Shown here piece by piece: positions 26,333 through 40,334 of a DNA stretch of 64,000 bases. The position numbers and the translations under genes were made by a program. Source of the stretch: Eledone cirrhosa (Eukaryota); NCBI GenBank assembly GCA_964016885.1, contig OZ024751.1, forward strand, positions 40,238,001 to 40,302,000. Direction: 5' to 3'. The notes below the pieces were generated by a model. The model did no database searches, was not told the origin of the DNA, and was given only the letters and a program-made list of their open reading frames with translations. Position 1 is the first letter of the stretch; each line of letters begins with the position of its first letter.

Positions 26333-27626
26333 AACTGCTGAGTTCAGGGTGCTAAGATTATTTAATTAAACCTTTGTTTTATTACATATTTTTTGTTTAG
26401 TAGGTGGAAAATGTTTGTTAAATTAATCCATCTATCCCCCTCCCCACCTTATGAATTGCCTCTGTATAAATTAAGACAAAAAAAATGACAAAATCGTTCA
26501 CATGTAAAAAAAAATGGTTTTAATTTCGTATTAAAGAAAAAAAAATTGAATTAATAAATTTTTTAAAGTATTTTTCTTATTTTTGATTAATGATAATTGA
26601 TCTTGTTTCATAAACTGTCTATTTATTTTTTGTTATTTAATAAAATATTTGACTTTTTTATTTAAAGATAGGAAAAAAATGTAAATTTTATTGACTATGG
26701 AAAATATCTTGACCTAATCCCACCTTTTACTCTTTACTTGTATTAGATCTACATGTATGTATAAAATGATAATGGTATATGTGTATGTGTGTGTATATAT
26801 ATATATACACACACACGTATATACATATGTAAATGTATATATACATTCTATGTCAATAGTTACCATTTTTTTAGGAATTCTTATATATATGTATATATAT
26901 ATATGTAAAAGGTAAATAGAAATAACAACACAATCAGTACAGTATATGGAAGGAATATATTAGGTTAACGCTTGATATAGTAGGAAGAGGGTCTTAATGT
27001 TTCGGATGCTAGTCCTTCATCATAACAAAAAATTAGATATATTGGTGTTAGGAAGGGCACCCAGCTGTACAAAAGCCAACCAAAATACCTTGAGCAAGGT
27101 ACAGCATGGAAAACTAAGAAGTGGTACTTATATATATATATATATATATGTCTACTTCTATTGCACCTGGCCAACTAATGCCTTGTGAGTGAATTTTGTA
27201 AATGGAAACTGTGTGGAAATCTGTTGTTGGTGTATATATACATATGTGCCTGTCTCTCAGCATCATCACATTAATGCCATTAAAGTGTGTGGTGACATTT
27301 GTTTATGTCAAGCAGCTTAATTGATCTAAGATTGTAACATGTTTTAAATGTAGTTTAGGTTAGCATCAGAAAGTTTATCGAGCCATAGAAAACCACATTA
27401 CATGTCATCCAGCCCATGCTGGCATGGAAAAGCTGACTTAAATGATGATGATGATGTGTTTTTGCGTGAAAATAGGAACAGCTTTCCTTTGAAACGTAAT
27501 ATAGTCTAAGAACTTTCCTTACATAAGTCTTGTATGTTTTGTTACTAAATCCATTCATTTGTTATTAATTTCAAGATCTTTTACTAGTCTCATCATCTCA
27601 ATAAATTCACCGTAGTAATAGCATGA

Positions 27627-27684
<58 letters not shown>

Positions 27685-27819
27685 GGAACTAGCTGTTGAA
27701 ACGGCAAGAGCTTAGCCATCAGGTCAAAACTCTTTATAATATAACCATACTCTACTACCGCAGGTATCGAGTACTCTTTTGAGTAATGGTCTAACTAGTT
27801 GCAAACTGATTCTATCCTG

Positions 27820-27856
<37 letters not shown>

Positions 27857-28248
27857 AATGAAGTATTTCCGTCGGAAAGGTTCAGGAAAAAAGAGTGCTC
27901 TATGTAGGCTACAGAGCTTATTAGACATAACTAATATATATATATAGATAGATAGATAGATAGATATAGTGTTGTAGTTAGCTTGAAGCATTGTGGAATA
28001 TGAGATACAAATACGACTAAGAAACACACTTATTTAAGTTTGTTTATTTGGAAGCCTAACGGTGCGTGTTTGGTAAAAATACCAAGACCTACATATACTT
28101 AGTAAAATTGAATTATTTACTTTTACAACTAGAGAAACAAATGAAAGTCTATGAAGAAACATTCAGTCCAAGCTTCCATCAAGCTCCCCAGTTTTACCCT
28201 ATCAAAGATTCTATATTATTATTATTATAGTAATAGTAATAATAATAA

Positions 28249-28982
28249 GGCCGGTGGATTGGCAGTATCGGTAGAGATTCGGACACCATACTTTGCAGCA
28301 TAGAGTTACGGCCCTTTACGGTCTGAGTTCAAATCCCACCAAGGTTTACTTTGTCGATCAAATAAAGTACCAGTAATGCACTGGGATAATTGCTGGCCTT
28401 GTGCCAAAAGTAGAAACAATTATTATTATTTTATTTTACTTTCTTCTCGATATGATGACCATCACCTTTGCAGTCTAACATTTAGAATTAGCCAGCTAAA
28501 CAAAAGAGAGATGTGTAAATAAATCTTTTGTTGCTACTACTACTACTACTACTACTACTAATGAGGGCAATGAGAGATTGGCAAACTCGTTAGGCTATCG
28601 GACACCACATTTATTCCGACTCTTTGCATTCTAGGTAGCGATTTTGCCAGGGTCAACTTTGCTTTTCATCCTTCTGGGGTCAATAAAATAAAGTAGCAGT
28701 CAAGTACTGGGGTCAATATAGTTGACTTTCCCCATCTCCACAAATTGTTGGCTCTAAATCAAACCTCATTATTATAACTTTGCCTAGGGCGGTGGATTGG
28801 CAGTATCAGTAGAGGGTAGGACGCCATGCTTTGACGCATAGAGTTACGGCCCTTGCCATTCTGAGTTCAAATCCCGCCAAGGTTAACTTTGCCTTTCATC
28901 CTTACGGGACCGATAAAATAAAGTACCAGTAATACACTGGGTAATTGCTGGCCTTGTGCCAAAAGTAGAAACAATTATTATT
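28249..28982 (+). mobile_element. Three tRNA-type SINEs (28249-28428, 28565-28770, 28788-28982)
   Basis: A-box-like tggcagtatc(g/a)gt, B-box-like gagttcaaatcc, body aaataaagtaccag, tail gccttgtgccaaaagtagaaacaattatt. Confidence 0.9.
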
Positions 28983-29516
28983 TTTTAATTTATCAAATCA
29001 TTATTATTATTACCATTATTATTATTGTAGATATGAAATATAAATATATATATACACACATGGAAGTAAAGTTTAATGTGAAAAAAAATAATGGATTTTT
29101 TTGTCTTTGATTGCCATGGAGTTATATTTTTGGTTGGCACCAGTGCTTAAATATCCTGGATTTCTTTTTACCATATTTTTTTTTGTTTTTAAATTTTTGT
29201 TTTTTGTTTTTTTCTTTTTCTTTCTTCTTTTTTTCTTTTTTCTTTTTTCTTTTACTGGTTTCAGTCATTAGACTGCGACCATGCTGGGGTACCGCCTTCA
29301 TTATTGGATTTAAAAAAAAAAAAAACAACAAAGTTTTGTTTTGCCTTATTTTCAGACTGTTGTTCAGGTTATAATTTCATGCCTTTAAGTACAATCTCAG
29401 GTTGTTGTTGTTCTTGTTGTTGCTATTACTGTTAACTAATTATGAGACTAATCACCATGTTAATCAGCAGTGTAAAATTGTAATATAACATTGTGTGTGT
29501 ATATAATATAATATTC

Positions 29517-29553
<37 letters not shown>

Positions 29554-30074
29554 CACCATTTATATATAGATATATAAATATATATACACTCATACATATT
29601 AAGAAAAGTATTAATGTGTTTGCATGTATTTTTTTAATATATATATATAAATGAATGTATATTTGTATATATGTATGCATATATATATATATAAATATAT
29701 ATACATACACACACACACACATGGTTTATTACACAAATATGGGAAACAAAAGTGAATGCATAAGTGAAATTATATATACTTTGTTATAGCCATGAAGTTA
29801 CATCGGAGATTCAAAGAATTGGCTTTCATGTTCAAGGGCATTTGTTATGAAACTCCAGACCCTTAAGTCACTCATGTAGCCTCACAGCTCTAATAAAGTA
29901 TATATATTTGTGTATGTGTTATAATTTGTACACACAATATTAAGTCTGCAACCAATGGTTTCATGAACTAATATAACAATCAGTTTCAGTTCTGCAGGTT
30001 TTGTTAGTTCGTGAAGCCGTAGGTAGCAGATGTAATTTTATGTCTACGAATTATAATAAACAAATAAATCTGAG

Positions 30075-30118
<44 letters not shown>

Positions 30119-30519
30119 TATATCATATTATATTATATTGAATGTTTTTTGGTTTTTTTTATTGACATTATTGCTACACATCTGTGTTTGTATATAATTT
30201 TTTACTAATTAATTTGTTCTCATATACACACATACACACACTCATGCACTCTCACATATACTTATAAACACATATAAAGCCCCCCCCCACACACCTTTTT
30301 TAATTGTCCAAGAGCTATTTACATGTTTCTCATAATTAAATATTTACACACACACACACACACACACGCACACACACACACACACACACTATTTGTAATA
30401 AAGAACCCAGTAAAATAACAAAAACATTACTGCTACACGATTGTATATTTTACACATTAAAATGTATGTATGTATATATGTACTTAATGTATGTATATAA
30501 ATATTTATGTATGCATGTG

Positions 30520-30555
<36 letters not shown>

Positions 30556-30990
30556 GTATGTGTGTATACATTTATATATATATGTGTATATATATATGTG
30601 TGTGTGTGTGTGGTATGTGTATACATTTATATATATATATATATATATATATTGTTTATAAATTACTTGTTCATACTTAATAACTTTATCTTTATTGGTG
30701 ATGGTGGTGATAGTTATAATAATAACAGTAGTAGTAATAGTAGTAATTTCTCTAGACTATATGTCTGTAGTGATGAAAAAAAGTAAAAGTAATTTATTTC
30801 TCCATCATTCAACTCTTCTTCATCATACACTCTAACATTTCCGAAGTACCATTAAAAAATCTAGTAGTTCCCCTTCTTTAATCTTTTCATCCATTCTTAA
30901 GTTATTAAAGAATATCAGGACTTGTTAATCCATTCAAAGAAAGGCGCTTCCAAACAATTTCTATCTACTCAGGTTAAGCTCTGATCTGAT

Positions 30991-31570
30991 AAGCCTCTGG
31001 GCTTGAGACAGACTTTAGACTAGTACTGGGATCAACATATGATGAGCCTCCAGGCTTGAGACAGACTTTAGACTAGTACTGGGATCAACATATGATGAGC
31101 CTCCAGGCTTGAGACAGACTTTAGACTAGTACTGGGATCAACATATGATGAGCCTCCAGGCTTGAGACAGACTTTAGACTAGTACTGGGATCAACATATG
31201 ATGAGCCTCCGGGTTGGAGACAGACTTTAGACTAGTACTGGGATCAACATATGATGAGCCTCCAGGCTTGAGACAGACTTTAGACTAGTACTGGGATCAA
31301 CATATGATGAGCCTCCGGGGTTTGAGACAGACTTTAGACTAGTACTGGGATCAACATATGATGAGCCTCCAGGGTTTGAGACAGACTTTAGACTAGTACT
31401 GGGATCAACATATGATGAGCCTCCGGGTTGGAGACAGACTTTAGACTAGTACTGGGATCAACATATGATGAGCCTCCAGGGTTTGAGACAGACTTTAGAC
31501 TAATACTAGGATCAACATATGATGAGCCTCGGGTTTGCGGCAGACTTTAGACTAGTACTGGGATCAACAT
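30991..31570. repeat. 53/54-bp minisatellite, about 11 copies
   Basis: tagtactgggatcaacat recurs at 31021, 31074, 31127 and on to about 31552. Confidence 0.96.
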
Positions 31571-33975
31571 AATTGACTTTTCACTTACCTTAAATTGCTG
31601 GTCTTGTGCCAAAAACCATTATTACTACTAAAAGAGCAGTGGATTGTCAGAATCAGTAGAGCATTGGACAAAATGTTTTGGCATATTTAGTCACGACTCT
31701 GTTCTGAGTTCAATTCCTGCTGAGGTCAACTTTGATTTTATCCTTCCAGAGATAATAGAAAGCAGCTGTTAGGTACTAGAGTCAATATAATTGACTTTGC
31801 CCTTTGCCTCTCACCTTTCCCCTAAATTGCTGGTCTTGTGCCATAATTAGAAATCACTATTGCTACTAATATTTTAACTTGTTTCACCCCACCTCACTCC
31901 CCTCCACACACCACAATATTCTTGCCTTAACCAATTAATTTCTTTAAAATGTCCTCTTTTCCTTATTTATATTATTATGATTCCACTCACACCTGGCTAA
32001 ACCAAACTTCAATAAATGTCTGCTACTAATTTTCTCACATTTCGTATTGCACTGTTTACCTAGGGGTATAAGTATCTAATGTGTTGTAGTTGATAGCAAA
32101 GTTACTAAATCTTACTAATTCTATTATCCTGACTCTTCTCTTTTCCTTCATCACACATTATTTTATTATTTGTTAGACAGAATTTGTAGATGTTTGGTGA
32201 ACATTCTTTCCTTTACAGTTTTGAGGTCAAATCCTGCTGAGGTCAACTTTATCTTTCATCATTCCTTGGTCAATAGAATAAAGTACCAATGAAGTACTTA
32301 CTGGTGGTTAGTCTAAGATTTACACCCACCATCAGCACCACCTAAAACATGTTCTGGTCTTGTACCAATTTCAGGCAAGATTTAGAAGTAAATAAATTAT
32401 TATAGAGTGCCAGACAAAATACTTTGTAGAATTTGTTCTGGTTCTGCATATTTTCAATTCAAATCCTTATGAGGTGAACTTTGCCTTTCATCCTTCTGGG
32501 GTCAATAAAATAAAATACCACATTGCTGGCCTTGTACCTATGTTAGAAATAATTATTATTAGAGCAGTGGGTTGACAGAATTGGTAGACCATTGGACAAA
32601 ATGTTACAGCCCTTTACGTTCTGGGTTCAAATCCTATTGAGGTTAGCTTTGACTTTCCTCTTATCTTCAAATTGCTGAACTAGTGGCAGAAGTAGAAACA
32701 TTATTAGCAAGACAGTAACTTGGCAATGGTTGTACTGGGAATCTGTAGCCTAGGATTTCAATAGCTTCCATTTGATCAGTGTTTTGTTGTCTGGAGATCT
32801 TTCGACATTCTAGACTTAAGTAGCTGCAATAATATATTGGAGTTTAAGGGAGCCTAATTGACTTCAAGTTTGGAGTAATTTCCTAGATTTAAGGCATGTG
32901 ACCTAGTGGTTCAGGTGTTAGTATTGTGATTGGAAGGTTATGAATTCAATCCACAGGCCAGGCTGTGTGTTGTTTTCTTGAACAAGACACTTCATTTCAC
33001 ATTGTTCCTGTCCATGAAACTGAAAACCCCTATTACTAGTAGGGAGTTAACTTTATAATGGACTGGTGTCGTGTCCCATCCTTGTTTATATTTACAGTCA
33101 CTTTATACCTCATGAAACTAGGATAAACTCTGATTTGAAGGGCTTCGGGGCTTCTTGGGAACAAGAAAATAAATAAGAGAGATAAATTGCTCAGGTTGAA
33201 GTCAATATACAAGTGGAACTAACTATTGTGTATGTATGTGTTAACTCTAGGCCAATCCATCTATGTTCCCTACCCTAACCTTAATGTAGATGTATCCCCC
33301 CCCCCCCACATACACATGCCCCAGATTCTTGGATCCCATGTGTCTGTGGTCCATTATCAAATGATTTCGATAATGTTTACAATAAAATAAACGAGGCTAT
33401 TGAATTATTGAATGAAGAAGTTGTTGCTATGGTAACATCAATATAATAATTATCATATATGGTGCTGATTATACAACTTCTAATTTATATACATCTTTAA
33501 CCTTATAAGGACATGCTTAATGATGATAATAATAATGTTCCCTTATGTGATAATGTTGTTTATGATATATAGAAAGAGATTCTCTCTGTGCATCCTTAAT
33601 TGTTTAAAGTCAAAGATTTTAGACAGACTTCTGTGAAATAGAAAATAACAATATTTGGAAATTTGCTAGCTTTAGAAAAAAATTACAGTCTATTATTATT
33701 ATTATTATTATTAAAACAAAGTACCAGTAATGCACTGGGTAATTGCTGGCCTTGTGCCTAAAGTAGAAACAATTATTATTATTATTATTAAAACAAAGTA
33801 CAAGTAATGCACTGCGGTTGATTTAGTCGACTTTCTTCTCTCTGAAAGTTGTTGGTCTTGTGCCTAAATCAGAAACCATTATTATTATTATCAAAATAAA
33901 GTATCAGTAATACACTAGGGGTCGATTTGATCAACTTTTTCCCTTCCCTTAAATTGTTGGCCTTGTGCCAAAAGT
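31570..33975 (+). mobile_element. Cluster of SINE copies and fragments, including three tandem 3' ends at 33715-33975
   Basis: Repeated ttcaaatcc...gaggtcaactttg...ttcatcc and ttgctggccttgtgcc motifs. Confidence 0.75.
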
Positions 33976-34194
33976 GAAAAAAAAACTATTTTTGTTTTGT
34001 TTTTTTGTAATATCTTTGGATGGACTTTATTTTGTTATAATTCCACACTTCCTTCAGTAAAAGTGAAGCAGGTTTTAATGTGTTTCTTCTTTCATTTGAA
34101 GTGTCTCTAGTATCATGAAGGACCATAGCTTACATATTGGGCTGGCTGTGTTGTTCACTAATAAATATAATACAGCAATTGACTTTGGTGATTA

Positions 34195-35100
34195 ACAATA
34201 ATTTGTTCACTAGTGAACATAATCAATACGCTTCTTTGGTTGACAATAATAATTTACTGGGGAACATAAAATTTATTGGTATACATGTACTGTTCACTAG
34301 TGATCTTAATAAGCAATTGGCTTTGTTTATTTACAATAATAGTCCACTTGTGAACATGAATAAGGGGCTTCTTCAGCTTGTTCACCTTTGAACATGATCA
34401 ATAGAACTTGGGGACATGAGCAAAAAGCTTTTTAGCTTAAAAGTATTGTTTACTAGTAAATATAACAACAATAGTTCACTAGTTACCAAAACATGACCAA
34501 TATGGCTTGTTTATTTACAAACGTTATTTTATGAGTGAACATGAACAAAAGTTTTTATTTACAAAAAGTGTTCATGTTTACTAGTGAACATGAATAAAGA
34601 GGCTTCTTAATTTATAAGTATTGTTCACCAACGAACATGAACAAAAGGCTTTGTTGGCTTCCAACTTTTGTCCACCAGTGAATATAAACAAAAGCCTTAT
34701 TGGTTTACTAATGAACATGAACAAAGAGGCTTCTTAATTTATGAACATGATCAATTAGCCTTGTTAATTTACAATAACAATCCACCAGTGAACATGAACA
34801 AAGGGCTTTGTTGGCTTCCAACTATTGTCCACCAGTAAATATAAACAAAAGCCTTATTGGTTTACAAAAACAGTTTACTAGTGAACATGAACAATAGGGC
34901 TGCTTCATTTTCTTACAATAACAGTTCTCTAGTGAACACGAACAAAAGAATTTACCAGTATTATTCACCAGTGAACGTCAACAATTGGTTTTATTGATTT
35001 ACATTAATAATTCCCTCGTGAACATGAACAAAAGGCTTTTTGACTGACATCGTTCATGATTGAACACCATGATCAATTAGCCATGTTGGTTGACATGAAT
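34195..35100. repeat. Degenerate ~45-bp tandem repeat built on (tgttcacta)gtgaacatgaacaa
   Basis: More than 15 recurrences of the gtgaacatga core or variants. Confidence 0.8.
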
Positions 35101-36594
35101 GTTTAAACTTTTCTCTCTCTGTGCCACACTTGTGTATATATAATGTGCCACATATATATATATATATATATAATGTGCCACATATATATATATACGATGT
35201 GTGGCACATTACATATATATAATGTGCCACACATCATATATATATATGGTGTCTTTCTGGTGTAATTAATTAACCCAAAACAAATTTTAAAATGTTTTTT
35301 TGAAAAAAATACCAAAAAAAACGACTGTTTCTCTGTGAAACTACCCCAAACTATTGTAAATTGTAAATATTAAATATATTTGTTGTAAAAAAAAATATAA
35401 CTTTAAAAAAAAAAACCTGACAAATTTATAATTTGTTGGTAAAATTTATCATTGCTGTGTCCAGTATCATATATCTGTGTCATTTGTTGGTCTAAATTTT
35501 GTATTTTCCTCTCTTTTCCCCTCCTCTATCTCTGTCTCAACACATCAACTAAACATTTTAGTTTCCCCGAAACTGACCAAATATTTACCAGCAGTCATTT
35601 TAGTTAAAGGAATTTCTCCTTCTCTTAACAAAAATATTTCTTATTTTTGAAAGTTACAATTAGTCAGATATATATTTTTGTTTTTATTAATTTTGATAAT
35701 ATACAAACTTTCTCTAATTTCTTGCAGTTCTTTGTTTTTCTCTGAATTTTAATTTTTTTTTTTTAAATTTAAGAAAAACAAAATTATTATTATTATGGTA
35801 TATATAAATATATATATAAACATAAACATATGGTATATATAAATATATATATAAACATAAACAAAGCCAATATATATATATATATATATATATATAGGCT
35901 TAAGTTTAATATATTTTAATACTTCTCTGAGTAGATAAATTATCTTATCCTTTCATTAAGTTGATTATGTATTAGAGATAATTAACTTTATAATATATAT
36001 AAAATAATTAATATATATATTAAACATTTTAAAGTAAATGGTTTTGTCCTATAGAACCAGTAATGGTGTCAAATGGGATCATTTAAATATGAACACTTTA
36101 AAACAAGAACTTTTTGTTTTAGTATTTTCAAAACTTTTACATAAAGAATTCATTCCTATTCTTCATTTTTTCAACTTAAAAATTAAGAAATTAAATTTGT
36201 TTTTTTTTGTTTTTGCATTTGGAAAATTATTTCTTTGTTTTAAGATTAAGAAAAAATTCCCCAAACAGTATCATCATCATCAACAACTGTGTGTGTAAGT
36301 CTGAGAGCTGAAGTAATTATATCTTAAGAGACTTTGCTTCTCATTTATTTTTTATATTTTCTTAATTTTGATAATATAGACTGCTTTTCATTTCTTTTGG
36401 GTGTTTGTCTTCCTCTCCCAAGTAATCTTTCCTCACTTCACTTTGTTCTGAAAAACGTTTTTTTTTTTTTTGTTTTTTCATGTTTGTTTTTCTTTTTGTT
36501 TTCAATGGATTATTTTATATTTATTTTCATAATAAATTTATAAATTTAATATATTTTAACTTAAGAAGAAAAATCATTATTATTATCATTATTA

Positions 36595-37035
36595 CGGTCT
36601 GTGTTCAAATCCCGCCAAGGTTAACTTTGCCTTTCATCCTTACGGGGTCAATAAAATAAAGTACCAGTCATGTGCTGGGCTCGATATAATCACCCCACCC
36701 CCTTGTGCCTATGTAAGAAATCATTATGTATTAATTTGTCCCCTTCGTTATCACAGCATTTATTAGATTTGTTGTTAAATTATTTTACTTTATTTATTCA
36801 TTAATTATGTGGATTGGTAGAATCAGTAGAGCGTCGGACACCCTGCTTTGTGGCATTGAGTTACGGCCCTTTACATTCTGAGTTCAAATCCCACCAAGGT
36901 TAGGTTTGTCTTTCATCCTTACAAGGTCGATAAAATAAAGTACCAGTAATGCACTGGGGTCAATTTAATCACCTTTCCCTTCACCCAAAATTGCTGGCCT
37001 TGTGCCTCAATTAGAAACCATTATTATTATTATTA
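36595..37035 (+). mobile_element. Two SINE copies
   Basis: Same family motifs as 28788-28982. Confidence 0.85.
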
Positions 37036-37632
37036 TATTATATGTTTATTTTATTTGTTGTATATATACGTGTGAAAGGACAAACATATTTTGTTTCTAA
37101 GAACTAAAAGGTATCTACCCCCTCCCCCATTGTTATACAATCATTATCATCATCATCATTATTAATGAGTTAGTCTTGACCCTAAATGTAATCAAACATT
37201 TCTTTAATTATTATTATTTACAGGTTTTAAACAAAACAAAACAAAGACACCCCACTCCACACACATACAAAACAATGACCCCCCCAAAAATAAGGCAAAA
37301 TAAAAAAAATCTCTTAAATTCATCATCCAAACTATTATGGGATGTGGAACAATAAAATATATTAATTGATTAATTAAAAATCTCTCATTATGATGGACTT
37401 TATCTAATTTAAAAAAAAAAAAAATTTTCTCATTTTTTTTTTTTTCATTTTTTTTTTTTTCATTTTTTTTTTTAAATTTGTTTTTGACTCTGCTGGTTTC
37501 TGGATACATCGGAGAACTAAAATAATTCCTGACATGTATAGAATAAAAATGACACATTTATAACTATATCTTGTATGTATTATTATTATCATTATTTACA
37601 TTACTACTACTAAATGTTATAGAGGAACGTTA

Positions 37633-37822
37633 GGGCGGTGGATTGGCAGTATTGGTAGAAAGTCGGACACCATGCTTTGTAGCATAGAGTTACCGCCCTT
37701 TATGATCTGAGTTCAAATCCTGCCAAGGTTAACTTTGCCTTTCATCCTTACGGGGTCAATAAAATAAAGTACCAGTAATGCACTAGAATAATTGCTGGCC
37801 TTGTGCCAAAAGTAGAAACAAT
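37633..37822 (+). mobile_element. Full-length tRNA-type SINE
   Basis: gggcggtggattggcag ... agtagaaacaatt. Confidence 0.9.
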
Positions 37823-38137
37823 TATAGTGGAACCTCAGTTCATTAACTTAATTTGTTCTTGAAATGTTCATAAACTGAAACTATTTTTCCCATACGTAAT
37901 GTTGAGAAAGAAATACAATGAGAGAGAGAGAGACTGTGTGAAAGACAGATAGATATCATCATAGTAACTAACTACACAGCAAGTGATGCTTTCCTGTTGA
38001 TACTACAAGCTTGTTGACAACTGTTGTTGCCAGCTTGTGTGTTCATTACTTGAGAGACCTTTGGTGAACTGAGACATTTTATGTTTGGAAAAATTGTTCA
38101 TGATAAGAGGCATTTGTGAACCAAGGTTTCCATTGTA
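37823..38137. mobile_element. pogo/Tigger-type non-autonomous DNA transposon
   Basis: TA-flanked imperfect TIRs tagtggaacctcagttca ... tgaaccaaggtttccattg. Confidence 0.65.
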
Positions 38138-38214
38138 TTGGTGAAGATGTGTGGCTTGGTAGTTAGAGAATCAGATTTTCAGACATGAGGTTGCGAGTTC
38201 GATTCCATGATGTC

Positions 38215-38423
38215 TTTGACACTGGATGAAGAAGTGGAAGGAAGCTGCAGTAGAGGAAGACTGAGGAAAACGTGGACAGAGGTGTTTAGAGCTGATCTCA
38301 ATGCTGAACCTTACAGAGGAGATGACAGAAATGTTACAAGTGGAGGAAGATTGTATTGGAAAGGATTAGTCCAACCCATGCCAGTATGGAAAAAAGGATG
38401 TAAAAAGATGATGATGATGATGA
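38215..38423 (+). mobile_element. Decayed RTE-LINE 3' end
   Basis: VEGSCSRGRLRKTWTEVFRADL, then ccaacccatgccagtatggaa and (GAT)n. Confidence 0.8.
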
Positions 38424-39289
38424 TCCTATGTAATGTGTGCTGTAGTTTAGCCACAGGTCAGTCAGGATTAAGCTGACTTATAATCAAAGACATTCCAAAC
38501 ATGACCATCCTGTCTCCCCAAATTACAGTATCCAATCTGCCTATATTTATTTTAAAAAAAGCTCCAGTAAAGATGGTTGGATAACATCCATGAGCTTGAC
38601 TGGTCACACTTGGGGGATCTAGCCAGATCAGTTGGAGATGGTTGCTTCTGATAGGACCCACTGGAGGGACAGTTTGAGGACTCTGCCCCCACGACTCTCT
38701 CAGGAATAAGAGGATGAAGAAGTAGTAAAGTGTGATTTCAGAGAGGAAAAGACATGACTGCTATTTTCAGTATATCAAGCAAATATTTAGAAGTTTTTCT
38801 CATCAAATCTAAACTTAGTGCTATAAATACAAGACTTCATTTATTGCCCTCATCTCAAAAATAAGATAAGACTTGGGAAAACTTGTATTCTTCTTCAAAG
38901 ATAAGACTTATAACAGGTTGCCATAGTAACTGCTTGTCTTACTAGTTTAGCCAACAGTTGTTATCATATTTATTGTAAAGTGTATCTCCATATATGGTAA
39001 TATATGAAGACATTCTGTAACTGTGCAATGGCATGTGGTTAACAAGGACAATACTATGAATTTATAGAATCACAAGAATTTCTGTGAGAGATAAATAAAG
39101 AGACTAGTGTTTGTCAGTGTCAGCTACAGTAAATACATTATGGTACAGGCTAAATATGTGCGACTACTGCCTTTTAGTGCTGGTAATTGTTAAAACCTCT
39201 CATCTCCTTGGTCCTTGAACTGCTGTTTTCCTCCCCAAAATTGGGAGAAATGCACAAATAACCTTCTTGCATAAAAAATTATGTTGAAT

Positions 39290-39720
39290 TGGTTTTAGAT
39301 AAATATAAACACTTAGAAAGAAACAGTTTTTATCAGAGAACCAGAAGTGGTTTCAGGCCGTTTGATGTCACACGGGTAAAAATAAATAATATATCACCCC
39401 AAAATTAAATTGTGGTAAAGTTAGGAACAATCAAAATGTTTAGCCAAATACTGGGACATATTCAACTGTTTCCTTTCCATACCAGTTGCTGTAAAGACTT
39501 CTGGTATCTTTGGTCACCAAACTGATGTTTTCCTCCACAAAATTGGGTGGAATTCCTCCCACCCAAGGAAGGAGTCCTGTGAGGTGGAATGGCTGATGTA
39601 GTGGGTGTCGCTGGCTCTTTACAGCAATGCTTTTGTCATCTTGAGAAGAGTGCATCCCACCTGAGGAAGGAGTCCTGTGAGGTGGAGTGGCTGATGCAGT
39701 GAACGTCGCTGGTTCCATGG
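39290..39720. mobile_element. Second copy of the 15225-15550 repeat, with an internal duplication
   Basis: cccacc..ggaaggagtcctgtgaggtgga.tggctgatg occurs twice. Confidence 0.8.
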
Positions 39721-39990
39721 CAATGCCCCCTTTCTCTTACTTTTGTTATTTCATTTTTCTTACTTTTCTTTTTCCTTGCAAATATAATTACATTGCAATT
39801 TGTTGAATAAATTTTGTTACTACTTCAAAAATATATCTAGACTTTAAAAATGGTGTTGGAACTTTTTTGGTTTTAACAATGAGTGTTCCAATTGTTTCAG
39901 AGCAAGGGAACAACCTGCTCGGGAAACTAACGTGAAAGTGGCTAACATTCGACAGACACGAGTACCTTTAACGTAATTTCCAATAAGATT

Positions 39991-40324
39991 CAAGGGCGAT
40001 GACACACGACCGTAACCTCTGGCGTCACGTAGTAATACAGAAGACCCGACTTCCCACGGGTACAAGCCGAAGCTGAAGCATATAGACAATATGCCCCTCC
40101 CTCCTGTAAAGTGGACGTGTAGGCGCCACGGAAAAAAAGCTCCCAGCACTCACTGTAAATGAGGTTGGTGTTAGGAAGGGCATCCAGCTGTAGAAATCAA
40201 GCCAGAATCAATTCAGTTCCCGTATGAGCAAGACAAGGTCAACCGACTGGACACTGCCCACAACAGGACAACCCGTCTAACCCATGCTAGCGTGGAAGAA
40301 CGGACGTAAAACGGTGATGATGAT
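39991..40324 (+). mobile_element. RTE-LINE 3' end, same family as 18239-19629
   Basis: gcgatgacacacgaccgt.acctctggcgtca ... gaagaacggacgtaaaacggtgatgatg. Confidence 0.92.
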
Positions 40325-40334
40325 TCAATGTGAC

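Noticed and set aside
25102-26355. YI/YM-rich ORFs (also at 56.6-57.8 kb and 62-63 kb)
   Set aside because: Microsatellite artefacts
28160-28200. Minus-strand terminal exon GKTGELDGSLD*
   Set aside because: Too short, with no upstream partner exons found; expected by chance
28788-28982. tRNA gene suggested by A/B boxes
   Set aside because: No cloverleaf; the boxes belong to a multi-copy SINE head
30991-31570. CRISPR-like regular array (also 5351-7739 and 14411-14880)
   Set aside because: Units are contiguous with no unique spacers, there are no cas genes, and the context is eukaryotic
32670-32825. Minus-strand frame YLSLECRKISRQQNTDQMEAIEILGYRF after a cag
   Set aside because: Runs into SINE sequence, has no clear donor and no recognisable homology
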